Under the pieces are notes generated by a model. That model had not been told where the DNA came from, did not search any database, and saw only the letters and a list, made by a program, of their open reading frames with translations. Shown in pieces: positions 12,118-24,479 of a stretch of DNA of 64,000 nt. Position 1 is the first letter of the stretch; every line of letters begins with the position of its first letter. The stretch spans positions 8,804,001 to 8,868,000 of the forward strand of contig NC_043023.1 in NCBI RefSeq assembly GCF_006345805.1, written 5' to 3'. The DNA is from Octopus sinensis (Eukaryota). The position numbers and the translations under genes were made by a program.

Positions 12118-12545
12118 AGTGTGTGGTCGTGTGGTAAGAAGTTTGCTTCCCAGCCACATGGTGTCGAGTTCAGTCCCACGGCAGTTTTGGGGACAACTCT
12201 CTTCTATAGCCCCCAGCCGACCAAAGCCTTCGGAGCAGATTTGGTAGACGGAAGCCGAAACAAACTAAGTGCATGTGTGAGTGTGTGTGTGTGTGTGTAT
12301 GTGGTTTGTGTGTGTGTCTGTGTGGTGTTGTATGTATTCTGTGCGCGTGCTTATGTGTTTCTGCCCTGGCCAGAGCTTGAGAATTGGGTGTTGTGTGTTA
12401 TGGCCCCATAAATTTGGGTTTGGCAAACATAAAGTGTTAGAAGTGCCAGTCTTAATGAAATTTGTTTATGCGGTCGATTCGTTCCTTGAAATGTCTTTAT
12501 GCATGCCCACACATGGCCCAGTCTGATGACTGAATCCAGTCAACG
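12118..12545 (+). mobile_element. Degenerate tRNA-derived SINE (family A)
   Basis: tRNA-like head GTGTGGTAAG..GAGTTCAGTCCCAC and GGTAGACGGAA body, matching better copies elsewhere. Confidence 0.7.
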
Positions 12546-12789
12546 ATCAAAGATATGATAGGAAAATGCAAAAATAACTTGGCTATTCAGGAGAATAAAC
12601 ATTGTAAGACAGGTTCATATTATATCTAAATTATTAGTTTTATAGTTATAGATAAACTGAATTTCCGAAAAGTTTAGTAAGAAAGCACTTTATTCAGAGA
12701 ATTTGAATATTACATTGAAAAAGAAGGCAATATGAAAGTTCAACTAGAAAATATGGAAAGATTTTAAATTGCGATAAGATTTTCAAAAG

Positions 12790-13540
12790 TCAGGTACGTA
12801 GCCTCGTTTAAAATTACATCATTGCAGATTATAATCTCATCGTTGCATAGCGTTGTATTAATAGGCAAAAATAAAGCTACTTTAGATGGAAGTATGTTTG
12901 GATATAATATTAGAAGAAAATTTAGTGTTTTGAAGCAAAACTATGATCAAAGGTGAATCGTGAACCGACAGACACACACATTATAGAATATCCGATAAAG
13001 TAAAAACGTAAATATGAATTGGTAGCTAGAATATATTTACTGCCGTTGAAATGCGGCATGTTTTTCAGGTTTTCTGCGTTTCAGCCAGAGTTATGCACTT
13101 AGATTTGTTTAAAATTACATTATTACGGATTATACAGTATTTTAGCTGACGGTATTGTATTATCAATAAAGGTTAAATGTATAAATATTGAAAATTGTTT
13201 AATGTAATATAAGAAGTAATTTAGTTTTTTGAAGAAAATTATGAACAAAGGAGACTCTTTGCATAGTTATAGATTATATTATATATATTGTATATTATAT
13301 TATATTCTAGTGTTATATGGTATATTATAATTATATTGAGATGTAAAATAGTATATGAAATTGGCAGCAAAAATTTTAGTTACTGCCTTTGAAATCAAGC
13401 AAGTTCTTCAGTTTTTCTGCATAGTCATACAAGTAAGCATGTTGAAAATTATATTATTGCGGATTATACAGTCTCTTAATTACATAGTGTTGTATTGAGA
13501 GGTAAAATAAAGCTAAGTTAAATGGAGAAATGCTTATAAG
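12790..13540. repeat. Degenerate ~300-330 bp tandem triplication in the putative GPCR 3' UTR
   Basis: AAAATTACAT(C/T)ATT(G/A)C(A/G)GATTATA-like blocks start at ~12808, ~13109 and ~13444, with shared downstream segments. Confidence 0.65.
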
Positions 13541-13545
13541 AACAT

Positions 13546-13655
13546 TTAGAATTTTGACGCTTCCGCAAATATAATCTTGAAGATATTTTCTTGATTTTCA
13601 TTTATAAGTCCGTTTTGCTGCTGTTTTATTTCTTTTTCCTTACTGATGCTTGGAC
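13546..13655 (-). CDS. Adhesion GPCR, probable terminal coding exon (cytoplasmic tail)
   Basis: Acceptor tttctAG; phase 1 fits the donor at 18049; reads (S)PSISKEKEIKQQQNGLINENQENIFKIIFAEASKF-TAA. Confidence 0.6.
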
Positions 13656-14009
13656 CTAGAAACATAATGAGAACAATTATATAAAATATTATTGATTTTT
13701 AAACACAAATAATTCTTGGCATTAAAATTTAAAAATAGCAACAATTGTCATCAACTGGTTTTCAAGACATCACAACACAAATGAAAATATTACTACATAA
13801 GAAGGAAGTATAGCAACGCAATTATATACAAAACCATGTTACACAAACTAGCTGTAAGTCATTGATTATCGGGGATATATTGTAAGATATTAGCAAATGC
13901 GGTTCAAGAATATTTTCCAGAGCAACTGGACACTTTATATAAAATGATGAACTATTTAGTTCCATGTCAGTCAAAGGTTTGCACGGTTTGTATATATTGT
14001 ACGTGGGTC

Positions 14010-14600
14010 TATAACGTACGTCGCCCCTTTTTAGCCTAACCAGGCTCAGGACCCCGTTTTTCCAGTTTTCTGTGGCGTATGTGTTCCCCCTTGCTGGGAC
14101 GGACGCCAGTCCATCGCAGCGTTCTCAAGAAACAGGAAGAAAGAGCGAAAGAAAGTTGGGGCGAAAGAGTACAACAGGGGTCACCACCATCACCTGCCGG
14201 GCCTCGTGACCTTTTAGGTGTTTCGTTCAATAAAGTGAGAGAAAGTTGTGGCGGCGAAAGAGTACAATAGGGGTCACCACCATCCCCTGCCGGTCCTCAT
14301 GGAGCTCTTTAGGCGTTTCGTTCATAAGAGTGAGAGAAGTTGTGGCGAAAGAGTACAATAGGGGTCACCACCATCCCCTGCCGGGTCCTCATGGAGCTTT
14401 TAGGTGTTTTCGTTCAATAAGAGTGAGAGAAAGTTGGGGCGAAAGAGTACAACAGGGTCACCACCATCCCCTGCCGGGTCCTCATGGAGCTTTAGATATT
14501 TTCGTTCAATAACACACACAACGCCCGGTCTGGGAATCGCCCGGTCTGGGAATCGAAACTGCGATCTTCAGATCCTAACCACTGGGCCATTGCGCCTCCG
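14010..14600 (-). mobile_element. tRNA-derived SINE (family C) with internal ~90-bp unit repeated about 4 times
   Basis: Head GGAGGCGCAATGGCCCAGTGGTTAG on minus at ~14600; GGCGAAAGAGTACAA..GGGGTCACCACCATC repeated at 14150-14510. Confidence 0.8.
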
Positions 14601-15051
14601 TACGTGGGTCTATAGCTTTATGTATATTTATGCATTATTTGTGGTTTAATTTTCTACATTGCTAAATGAATATCTATCTGGCATATGTGTGTGTATATAT
14701 ATATATGGATATGTACGATATATTTCACATATGCCAGAAAAGCTACGAATTGTATTTCTGATCAGTTATCTTAAGAGCAGACGTGTTCTGGTGGGCGCCT
14801 TGGTGCCAGTCCCTTTGGAAGCTGTACTGTTTACTACAAGACGTTCACTGATCATAAAATAAATTTATTTGCCTTTAAAATCATGCAGTTTGATTCGTCA
14901 CCTCCCCATCTCATTTCGAAGATTCCTATTTCATTGTTTGTTTATAAATATCTCTCTTTTCGTACATTGATTCTATTTTACCCGATGGCTGGATATCATC
15001 CGAGATAAAGGATCGAATTCACGACAATGTAGATATCCTTCCTTTTCCTTC

Positions 15052-15365
15052 TACTTGTTTCAGCCATTTGACTGCGGCCATGCTGGAGCACCGCCTTTAA
15101 TCGAGCAACTCGACCCCGGGACTTATTCTTTTGTAAGCCCAGTACTTATTCTACCGTCCCTTTTGCCGAACCGCTAAGTGACACACCATCATCGGTTGTC
15201 AAGCAATACTAGGGGGATAAACACAGACACACCTACATACACGCACACACACACATATATTTCCGTCTACCAAATCCACTCACAAGGCTTTGGTCGGCCC
15301 GAGGCTATAGCAGAAGACACTTGCCTAAGGTGCCACGCAGTGGGATTGAACCCGGAACCATGCGC
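15052..15365 (-). mobile_element. SINE family A (internally deleted)
   Basis: GACTGCGGCCATGCTGGAGCACCGCC tail, CCAAATCCACTCACAAGGC body. Confidence 0.85.
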
Positions 15366-15511
15366 CTATATATATATATATATTATATTGAGAGTACTAC
15401 TATTCGTAGATACCATACGCTAAGAGGGACCAATGCGGTCAAAACTACTAAAATAAACAAAATTTTACCGAATGCAAAACTTCAAAGCAAATCATTTAAA
15501 AAAAGAATTTA

Positions 15512-15575
15512 GTTACATATCACCTGTGATTTCGCAATTAATGCAGGATATGCATTCCATGTTCATCAGTGCAAC
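15512..15575 (-). ncRNA. Type I hammerhead ribozyme (inverted arm; sense to GPCR pre-mRNA)
   Basis: GTTGCA-CTGATGA-stem II-GAAA-TCA(cagg)TGA-TA-TGTAAC; A.C mismatch at the base of stem II. Confidence 0.72.
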
Positions 15576-15808
15576 AAACTCAAGATATATAAGAAAAAAC
15601 ATAACGTTACAAGCTCGATAGCCAACCGCAGAATTCGTCGTAGCATGTACGAATGTTTATCTTTACATATCAATGAAAATGGCGGGCTTATTCGCAATGG
15701 CGGGCTTATTCGGTAACAAATTGCTTACTCGGAATAAAATTCAGTATTGAACTATTCCGTTGGCTATCGAGCTTGTAACGTTATGTTTTTCTTATATATC
15801 TTGAGTTT

Positions 15809-15872
15809 GTTGCACTGATGAACATGGAATGCATATTCTGCATTAATTGCGAAATCACAGGTGATATGTAAC
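15809..15872 (+). ncRNA. Type I hammerhead ribozyme
   Basis: GTTGCA-CTGATGA(15815)-AATGCA/TGCATT hairpin-GAAA(15851)-TCAcaggTGA-TA-TGTAAC. Confidence 0.72.
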
Positions 15873-16115
15873 TAAATTCTTTTTTTAAATGATTTGCTTT
15901 GAAGTTTTGCATTCGGTAAAATTTTGTTTATTTAGTAGTTTGACCGCATTGGTCCCTCTTAGCGTATGGTATCTACGAATAGTAGTACCCTCAATATAAT
16001 ATAAATAAATATTTCAAAGTGGAAAAATTTACGGATTTCTTCTCTTACGAGGTTTTTTACGCTAACTACTGATAATTTCTTTTAAAGATTTTATCCTCAA
16101 TTGTTAATATATATA

Positions 16116-16146
<31 letters not shown>

Positions 16147-16965
16147 ATATATATATATTAATATATATAAACATTATACGACGGGCTTCTTTCAGTTTCT
16201 GTCTACCAAATCCACTCACACCTATGTGAGAGTTTACATAATGTAACATATAATACACATTATATTAGAGAGAAATAACATGCTATTGAAACACGTATAG
16301 TGATGTTTTAGGATATCTGTTCTTAATGTTTACTACGCACGTACCACACACGCACAGGCACACACACGTGAGCACACTCACATACATGCATACACCAAAC
16401 ACACACACGAAATAACTTGTTTTTTACCTTTTATTAAATTTTTGATACTTTTTGATAGTTATATATTTAATATAATATATTTTATTAAAAATAAATAAAA
16501 ATAAAAATAAATAAATAAAAAATAAACAATGTAAATAAATATATAATTAAATAAATAAAAAATAAAATAAAAAATAAAAAATAATAATAAATATTTATAT
16601 ATATATATATACATAAATATATAAATTTATAAGTAAAATTAATAATTTTTAAAAAATTAATCTTTAGCTTTAAATTTAAATAATTTAAATTTGAATTTTA
16701 TATTTTATATATTTGTATATTATATTAATTAATTTTATTCTGTTTTGGTTTATGTTTTTCACTGTTTGATTTGCCTAATAGTGGTTTTATCTCTAATTTA
16801 ATATATATATATTTATACTGTAAAATTAGATTTAATACTAAATCTAATTTTTCGCGGTAAGTTTGGATTTGCTCCCCAATATTATACACACATATATATA
16901 ATATATATATATATAATATCTGCTGTGTATGTATGTATGTACACGTATGTATGTATATGTATATG

Positions 16966-17022
<57 letters not shown>

Positions 17023-17028
17023 CATACA

Positions 17029-17073
<45 letters not shown>

Positions 17074-17082
17074 GTATATATA

Positions 17083-17125
<43 letters not shown>

Positions 17126-17169
17126 TATTATATATATATAATATATATATATTATATACATATGTTGAG

Positions 17170-17390
17170 AACGATGAGGATGACAGCGAAATTGATGTTT
17201 ATGATGAAGAGTTGTAACGTTGGTAGTGAAGCAGTTTTGAGAAATGAAGATTATGATTATTTCCCTCATGACAGAATTGGTTTTGTTGGTGGAAGGAATA
17301 AGAGACGCAAAATCACACTTACTTTTTATATCCTTCATAGCTTGCTTCATATCTACTTTGTTTCGTTTACATGAGTACGGGTAGATGACG
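17170..17390 (-). pseudogene. Diverged duplicate of the 3' end of the GPCR TM5-7 exon plus its donor site
   Basis: [35 protein letters not shown] vs CKRKTWELWEDPKNIKSKCNLVSLIARVTKTNIVM (~17925-18118); same A|GTAAGTG donor; no acceptor found. Confidence 0.75.
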
Positions 17391-17393
17391 CAC

Positions 17394-17424
<31 letters not shown>

Positions 17425-17453
17425 TACACACACACACACCCATAATATATATA

Positions 17454-17820
17454 CTAGCAGTATCGCCGGCGTTGCTCAGGTTTGTAAGGGAAATAACTAT
17501 AAGCATTTTTAGAGAGTTTTAGCCAAAAAATAGCAAAAAAATGAAAAAAAATGATGGTAATTTTTTTTGAGAGTTAAAAAAGGGGAGTGAGTCCCCTAGA
17601 CGGTCTGTGGTTTGGGTTTCTGATTCTCGACCCCATGTCGAATTTATCGATTTTTTTCAGAACTGGGGGACTTTTTAAATTTTCGCTGCGTTATTTTGAA
17701 TTATGACATTGGGCTATGTGGTGTCAAGTTTCATCAGATCGGTGTTGAAAGCCGTGGTCAGAGTGAGGGTACGAGAAAACAGACACAAGAAAAGCACAGA
17801 CAAACTGCCGTTTATATAGA
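17454..17820 (-). mobile_element. Non-autonomous Helitron-like element
   Basis: Minus-strand 5' TCTATATAAAC and 3' CTAG|T preceded by an imperfect GC hairpin (TCGCCGGCGTTGCTCAGG on plus). Confidence 0.6.
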
Positions 17821-17836
17821 TTATATATATATATAT

Positions 17837-17883
<47 letters not shown>

Positions 17884-18049
17884 GTAGTGAGGATATATAC
17901 TTGTATATATGATGATGATGATGATATGATGATGACAGTGGTGTTGAATTTATGACGAAGTCTATCCTAAAAGTGATGATATGATTGTAACATCATGACA
18001 ATATTGGTTTTTGTGACTCTAGCAATTAAAGAGACCAAATTACACTTAC

Positions 18050-18441
18050 TTTTTATATTCTTCGGATCTTCCCACAGCTCCCATGTTTTTCGTTTACATA
18101 CGAACAGGCAAATGACGTCTCTGGTATCTTTTTTGTATATACAGTAGCATAGGAAGATAAACATTCCTTGAAGGGGAGTGAATATAGCAAAAAGAAGGTG
18201 AAACACTTCAGCTGCTTCACCAAAACCAAAGAACGGTAAGAGCCAGGGAAATCCAAGCAGGAAACACAATCCAACGATGCCAAAAACACGTACTTTTTTT
18301 GGTTTGTGTTCAAATTTCTTGTCATTTTGCATTGAGTTAAGACTCCTCATAACGAGAGAAAACATAGTAATGTTGAAGAGGAGGATGAGCGCCACGGGAG
18401 CCAGGAGGGCAGCATAGAAAGCCGTGCTGGATAACCAACAG
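18050..18441 (-). CDS. Adhesion GPCR exon, ECL2-TM5-TM7 (read-through of the donor would stop at 17967)
   Basis: CWLS..FYAALLAPVALILLFNITMF..GLCFLLGFPWLLPFF..LFAIFTPLQGMFIFLCYCI (class B2 7TM motifs); AG at 18443-18442, GTAAGT at 18049. Confidence 0.93.
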
Positions 18442-19131
18442 CTACAAAGAAATAGAAAATCAATCATTAATCTCTGTGTGGAGTAGAGGTATGGGCTGGG
18501 GATTTTAAGTTACGTCTCCGCCCCTGTTTGCGCTTTCCTTCATCGGAATTACTAAAAAAACTGGGAATTATCCCATTTTGTTTTCCGTTGGAGTAGACAT
18601 CTGCGAATACGTCTGGCGTATATATATAAAACTTGTTTGGTAGACCAGCCCCAAAAGACGATTTATGCGTCTTACAGTCGCTCAATGTTTCTGGTATCTC
18701 GACTGCCGTTATCAGCTTTTCGCAGCATTCTGCATCAGCCGCCGAAGGCCGCAGTAGCCCAACAAGATAGGAACTAAAGTTCACTGCCGCTTTCGATTTT
18801 ACTGAACAATCGCCCGAAGTGCCGTTGCGAAGTTGCTCACATCTGCCTTGATGTACATGTTTTGTTTTATTTTTGTATATTACTTTCATCCATATTTTTT
18901 AAGCTATGTCCTAATAGATATTTAGTCTTAGTGAATTGAAAGGCGGAGCAGATGAGAAGACAGACATCAAAAAGAAAGAAAGCAAAAACAGTATCAGTGT
19001 GTAGCTACTAGGGATCAGATCCTTGGCTTCATCTGATGGTAGCTTCTTCATTATTCAACGCATAAATAAATCGAGTAATATTAGTTGTGAAAACCGGAGA
19101 AAATTAGGGCAATAAACACATAAATACTTAC

Positions 19132-19203
19132 GCTTGATCACTTTTGATTGTAATTGTGTGTTGTTAATTGCCAGAGTAATTATGACAATGACAGCTGGAA
19201 TAC
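19132..19203 (-). CDS. Adhesion GPCR exon, TM4-ECL2 (one base short of frame)
   Basis: (W)GIPAVIVIITLAINNT; cAG/GTAAGT; 72 nt where 3n+1 is needed. Confidence 0.85.
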
Positions 19204-20464
19204 CTGACAACGATATTTACAGAAAGGAATAAGCATATGTAGATGTTAATGAAAATTTATAATAATAAACATATGAAATTGAATCGATATAGTTGATTAT
19301 GTTTTCGCCCAAAAGAAATTAATAATATATTTCGTATCTCAAACAGGCCACACCTAGACATTTGATCCTTTGGTTTCAAGAATATGTACGGCTAACATAG
19401 AACTTCGATTCTATCAAATATGTGTTTTAGTGGGAAACAAAAAGTGAAAAAATACTGGACGTTCTGGACAATGGTGTAAAGATCAAATTACACAGAAGAC
19501 AACAAAAGTTCACTCTCACAAACCTCTTCACACATTACTTGTGTGCATCAGGTGAAAGTGCAAAATGAGTAAGTCTTAGAGATGAGATCGAAGTGAAACT
19601 GTCTGAAGGAAAATGTAATTTTAGGCTGCTCTAATAGCTTACCCTGGTGCCCCAGCATGGCCCGCGGCCATCGGACTGAAACACTTTTAAGGATTTAAGG
19701 ATTTAAGGATAATCTTCTTACACATGTATAGATATTTACATCTCGCTTCAACTACTTTCTCATCTTATCAATTTACCAATCTGTTCAAGCGAAGGTCACC
19801 ACTGTTTATCCTGCTAGCTTTCTGATATAATCAAATTGATCATCTGCATTTATTGTTGGTTGAGCTATCATCTTGACTAAGTCAAAATTAATATCTAATT
19901 CGACCACTTATCAATTAAGTTATTTAGCATATTTCCTGTTCCAAGTTGATTATATTAAGACATGAATTGTTTTTGTGGCTCTCTCTAAGATATGGTTTAT
20001 GTTCAAATTTTCTACAGTCATGAAAGAGGAGCAAATATTGTCACGAGGGAATAATACCTTACTCTCTTTAAAAAAGAAGGCAGGATTATATAATACAACC
20101 ATCTCTGGAATGAGGAGCTTGCCAAGTCAAGAATGTTTCTGTTCATAAATCTGTAGAACTGATCTAAAGTCAAACAGTGACCACCACCACAACAACATAT
20201 CTTATGGTGGTTCTGTCTTAATATGATATTTGGTCAACTAACTTCAGCCTTAACTAAATTCTTATTTAGTTAAACCAAGATATAGCATCTCCAACTTCCA
20301 TCAAATTATAGAAGTGAGAAGGTCGGGTGAATAAGAAATATGATTATTTGTGGTGTCTTTAAGTCTACTTTATTATCTCTTTATTTCACCTAACTTATAA
20401 ATAGGAATCGGTTTCTAAGAATGTTCATCGTCAGATGTGAATCCACGAAACGTCTCAGCCCATA

Positions 20465-20732
20465 CTCTCTCTTTTACTTGTTTCAGTCATTTGACAGCGG
20501 CCATGCTGGAGCACCGCCTTTAGTCGAGCAACTCGACCCCGGGACTTATTCTTTTGTAAGCCCAGTACTTATTCTATCAGTTTCTTTTGCCGAACCGCTA
20601 AGTAACGGGGGATATAACACACCAGCATCGGTTGTCAAGCAATGCTAGAGGACAAACACAGACACACAAACACACACACGCATACATATATTATATATAT
20701 ATTAACATATATACGACGGGCTTCTTTTCAGT
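20465..20732 (-). mobile_element. SINE family A, 3' half
   Basis: Matches copies at 30310 and 38925. Confidence 0.85.
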
Positions 20733-21419
20733 TTGGACACTGTAGTGTTTGCTGTATTGACAGGATGGTCATAAATAGAATGTCCTCAATTATAGGTCTG
20801 CCTGTTCACTGCTGACCGAGGTGCCATAGGAGTGATATTTTCACTAAGGATTTAATGCTTCTGGGTTTATAAATCTGGATTTTACTGTGAGACTAAGCGG
20901 TAACCTAGATTGTGGTTGCTTTTAAGTAACAGAAATTTAATTTCGTGTCTCACAAGTGTTTTTAGATATTGCAAGATTGATTACGATGTAGAGGATTGAG
21001 GCTATAAAGCACTGTCCTAAATGCTTTACAGCAATAATTTTCAATGCTTTCTGTAACATTAGAAGAGCATAACGGAGAAAAATAAACTGAGCCCTTTACT
21101 GGGTAGCACCCACTTACATAATTCCAAAAGACATGATTTAAAGTGTTTAGTTCAGTACTCAGGGTTCGAATCCCATGGAAGTCAGTTTATTCTTTCACCA
21201 TTTTCGGGTCAATGAAATCAATAAGTGAACCTTTTCCAATCAACTATTATCAATACAAAACTTTAACACAGAGTGTGGGAAAATAGATAGAGAGAGAGGG
21301 AGAGAAATAAAGGAGAATGAAAGATGAAAGAATGAAAGAGAAAAGAAATGAAGGAAAACAATGTGTGAGAAGAGAGAGATGGAATTAGAGACAGAAAGAC
21401 AGAAAGCCGCCATACATAC

Positions 21420-21564
21420 CCCAGACCAAAATTGAACACTTCTTAATAAAAGATGACTGATATGTGTTGAATACAACAACGACGCCCAGGAAAATATGAA
21501 GTGCTTCTACAGCCATCCAGATGAAAGATGTCAGAAGGAAGTAGTGTAACAGAGCAGCCACTGC
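21420..21564 (-). CDS. Adhesion GPCR exon, TM3-start of TM4
   Basis: AVAALLHYFLLTSFIWMAVEALHIFLGVVVVFNTYQSSFIKKCSILVW-G; canonical LHYF..WM..E motif; AG/GTATGT. Confidence 0.95.
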
Positions 21565-21799
21565 CTACAAAAACAACAAAGTTAATGATATGTAACACAC
21601 ACACAAGGCATTGAATATGTATTATTTTGCAGAGGTGGCGTACAGATGCCAGGCCTTGATTGATATTTTATATTAGTGACCCAGGGGGATACATTTTTAA
21701 ACAGATCTTACTGAAAAATCAACAGAAAATTCAGAAAAACGTCATTCAATATAAAAGTGTATTTCGTTTCATGTTTTACCAATTCACGACATTACCATT

Positions 21800-22396
<597 letters not shown>

Positions 22397-22830
22397 TCTT
22401 TATTTTATTGGCACAAGATTTGAAATTTGGTGAATAGGTTAGTCGATTACATTGACCAAAGTGCTAAGCTGGTACTTATGTTATTGATCACGAAATTTGA
22501 GAGGTGGAATTGGAGCACAGAATGTAAAGACAGACGAAATGCCGCTAAGCCTTTTGTCCGGCGCCCTAACAATTCCGTGGCAAGTTGCGCAAGTTTGAGA
22601 GAGAGAGAGAGAGAGCGATGTTAGTCTATACTATCGATCTCATTACTCGATTGTTACCCTAACTTATCGACTTCGGAGGGAAGACAGGGTTCAACTTTAT
22701 ATTTCATCCCTCATGGGCATCCATACATCAAAGTACTAATCAAGTATCAGGAACTATGGCATCGACTCATTTGCCTCTTCCTAAAAATGGCTGATTAGAT
22801 GAGGAGATAGAATAAAATTGAATGCATGCT

Positions 22831-23145
22831 GAAGAGGAAACTAGTATAGACATGTGGGGTGAGCTATGTTTTTTTATATAAGGCGAGAGGAGGTTTGCAA
22901 GATGTTTTACAAAAATACGATTCAAAATTACAATTACAAAAATATGAATTAAGAATCGACCACTCATTACTGGTATTTTTATCATAAAAGTGTTTTAATA
23001 TGAACAGGAAGCGAGCATAGACATATGGAGGGAGCAAAACATTTTATATAAAGTCATTAGGAGACGCAGAAGATGTCTTACAAAAATACGATTACACCAA
23101 TTAAAAATTGATCACTTATTACTTGGTATTTCTGATCATAATGTT
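22831..23145. repeat. Degenerate ~170-bp direct duplication
   Basis: ATAGACAT..TTTTATATAA..AAGATGT.TTACAAAAATACGATT..TGGTATTT occurs at ~22845 and ~23017. Confidence 0.65.
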
Positions 23146-23614
23146 ATCATCTGACAATTAATCATGGTCAAATGAGAAAAGGTTCACCGTCGGTTATGGC
23201 GATGAGGGGTTTTGTCGATCCGATTAACCCTTTTGATGCCAATCCGCCCGGAACCGCTTCCATTAATGTAGTTGTCAAGAAAATTCAGCGTAACACAGAA
23301 TGTGACAAAGCTGGCCCTATTAAAATACAGGTAGCACTCATTATTTTCTAGCTGTATGGATTCTAGTAGCGTGAAAAAGTGTCTGGCCTAAGGTATCGAA
23401 CTCAGGTCCTTACGATGGTGCGTCGAAAACCCGAAAGCACTTATCCACGCTCCCTCACTGGTCAAATGTAATATTTATAGAAATGTTAGAAGACTTTGGA
23501 AATAGCTACAACATGGACTTTTACTGAATGAAATTTATTTAAGTTATAGACTTTTTTTCATAATTTTTTTATATAAAACAAAATATGTACTGGTTTAAAT
23601 GTGTTTTCACTTAC

Positions 23615-23738
23615 CTTACAAACAGCTGTTATTTCTGTGCTATATGCTTGGAACCCAGCAAGAAAGGTAAGATAAGTGGCAGCTAAAGAAATGCACAAAT
23701 TTACTAAAATCTTTGAAGCCATTACTTTCCATAGGGTT
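23615..23738 (-). CDS. Adhesion GPCR exon, ICL1-TM2
   Basis: TLWKVMASKILVNLCISLAATYLTFLAGFQAYSTEITAVCK; AG/GTAAGT; phases fit. Confidence 0.93.
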
Positions 23739-24205
23739 CTGAGATAATGAAAAAAAAAGAAAAATAATAATATTGTATTTAATTAACATAAACCTAAAGA
23801 AATTGCTCAATGCATCAAAAGTTAACTACAACTGCGTATATTGGTGATAGTCATTCGAAATATAAATGATATATGAAATATTTATTTAGAATTTGTATAT
23901 AGACATGTGTAAAATAGCTGTGTATAATGATCTGTATGAGATATAAAACATTATGTTTATTGTTTATTGTGCTGACTGGGAAGGTCTGGTTGTTTATGAT
24001 GGTAGTTCTTTATAGTCAAAGAACAAGTCAGGTATCTGTACATGTTACATTAAACGTAGGACGCGATGCTGTACACACATAATATACATTGTTGGTACAT
24101 TCGTAGCAATGCTATATTATATTTGTAGGTTTTAGTCGGTGATAGATTCGATGTACAGTTGTAGGAATTACATTACAATATCTTTGTAGCAATAAAAGTA
24201 AGAAT

Positions 24206-24251
24206 CAGCCGGACTAGTTTCAATTTTATGTTGGGATTTCATCAGCGACTG
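24206..24251 (-). ncRNA. Minimal type I hammerhead ribozyme (PLE pLTR relic), sense to GPCR intron
   Basis: CAGTCG-CTGATGA-AAT(loop)ATT-GAAA-CTAG-TC-CGGCTG. Confidence 0.8.
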
Positions 24252-24479
24252 GATAATTTCTTTAACTCTCCACGGAGAGAGTTGTAAGCCAGCTATCGCT
24301 AAAAGTTTAAGGACATCTGCTTGACCATTCTTCGTGTAGAATACATTCTTAGAAGCTAGTTCGATTATTATTTAGTTTATTGTTGTATGAGGAATCTGTA
24401 CACCCCGTTATTGGCTAAGTGAACAATACTAGTTAGTATAAATGAGCATGCGCAGAACAGTCTGATAAGAGGTGTCATA

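Larger units (their letters stand above)
15386..16112 (+). mobile_element. PLE pLTR fragment with ~240-bp 5' inverted duplicate, inserted in (TA)n
   Basis: 15386-15625 is the reverse complement of ~15759-15995; unique ~120-nt 3' tail; hammerhead in both arms. Confidence 0.85.
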
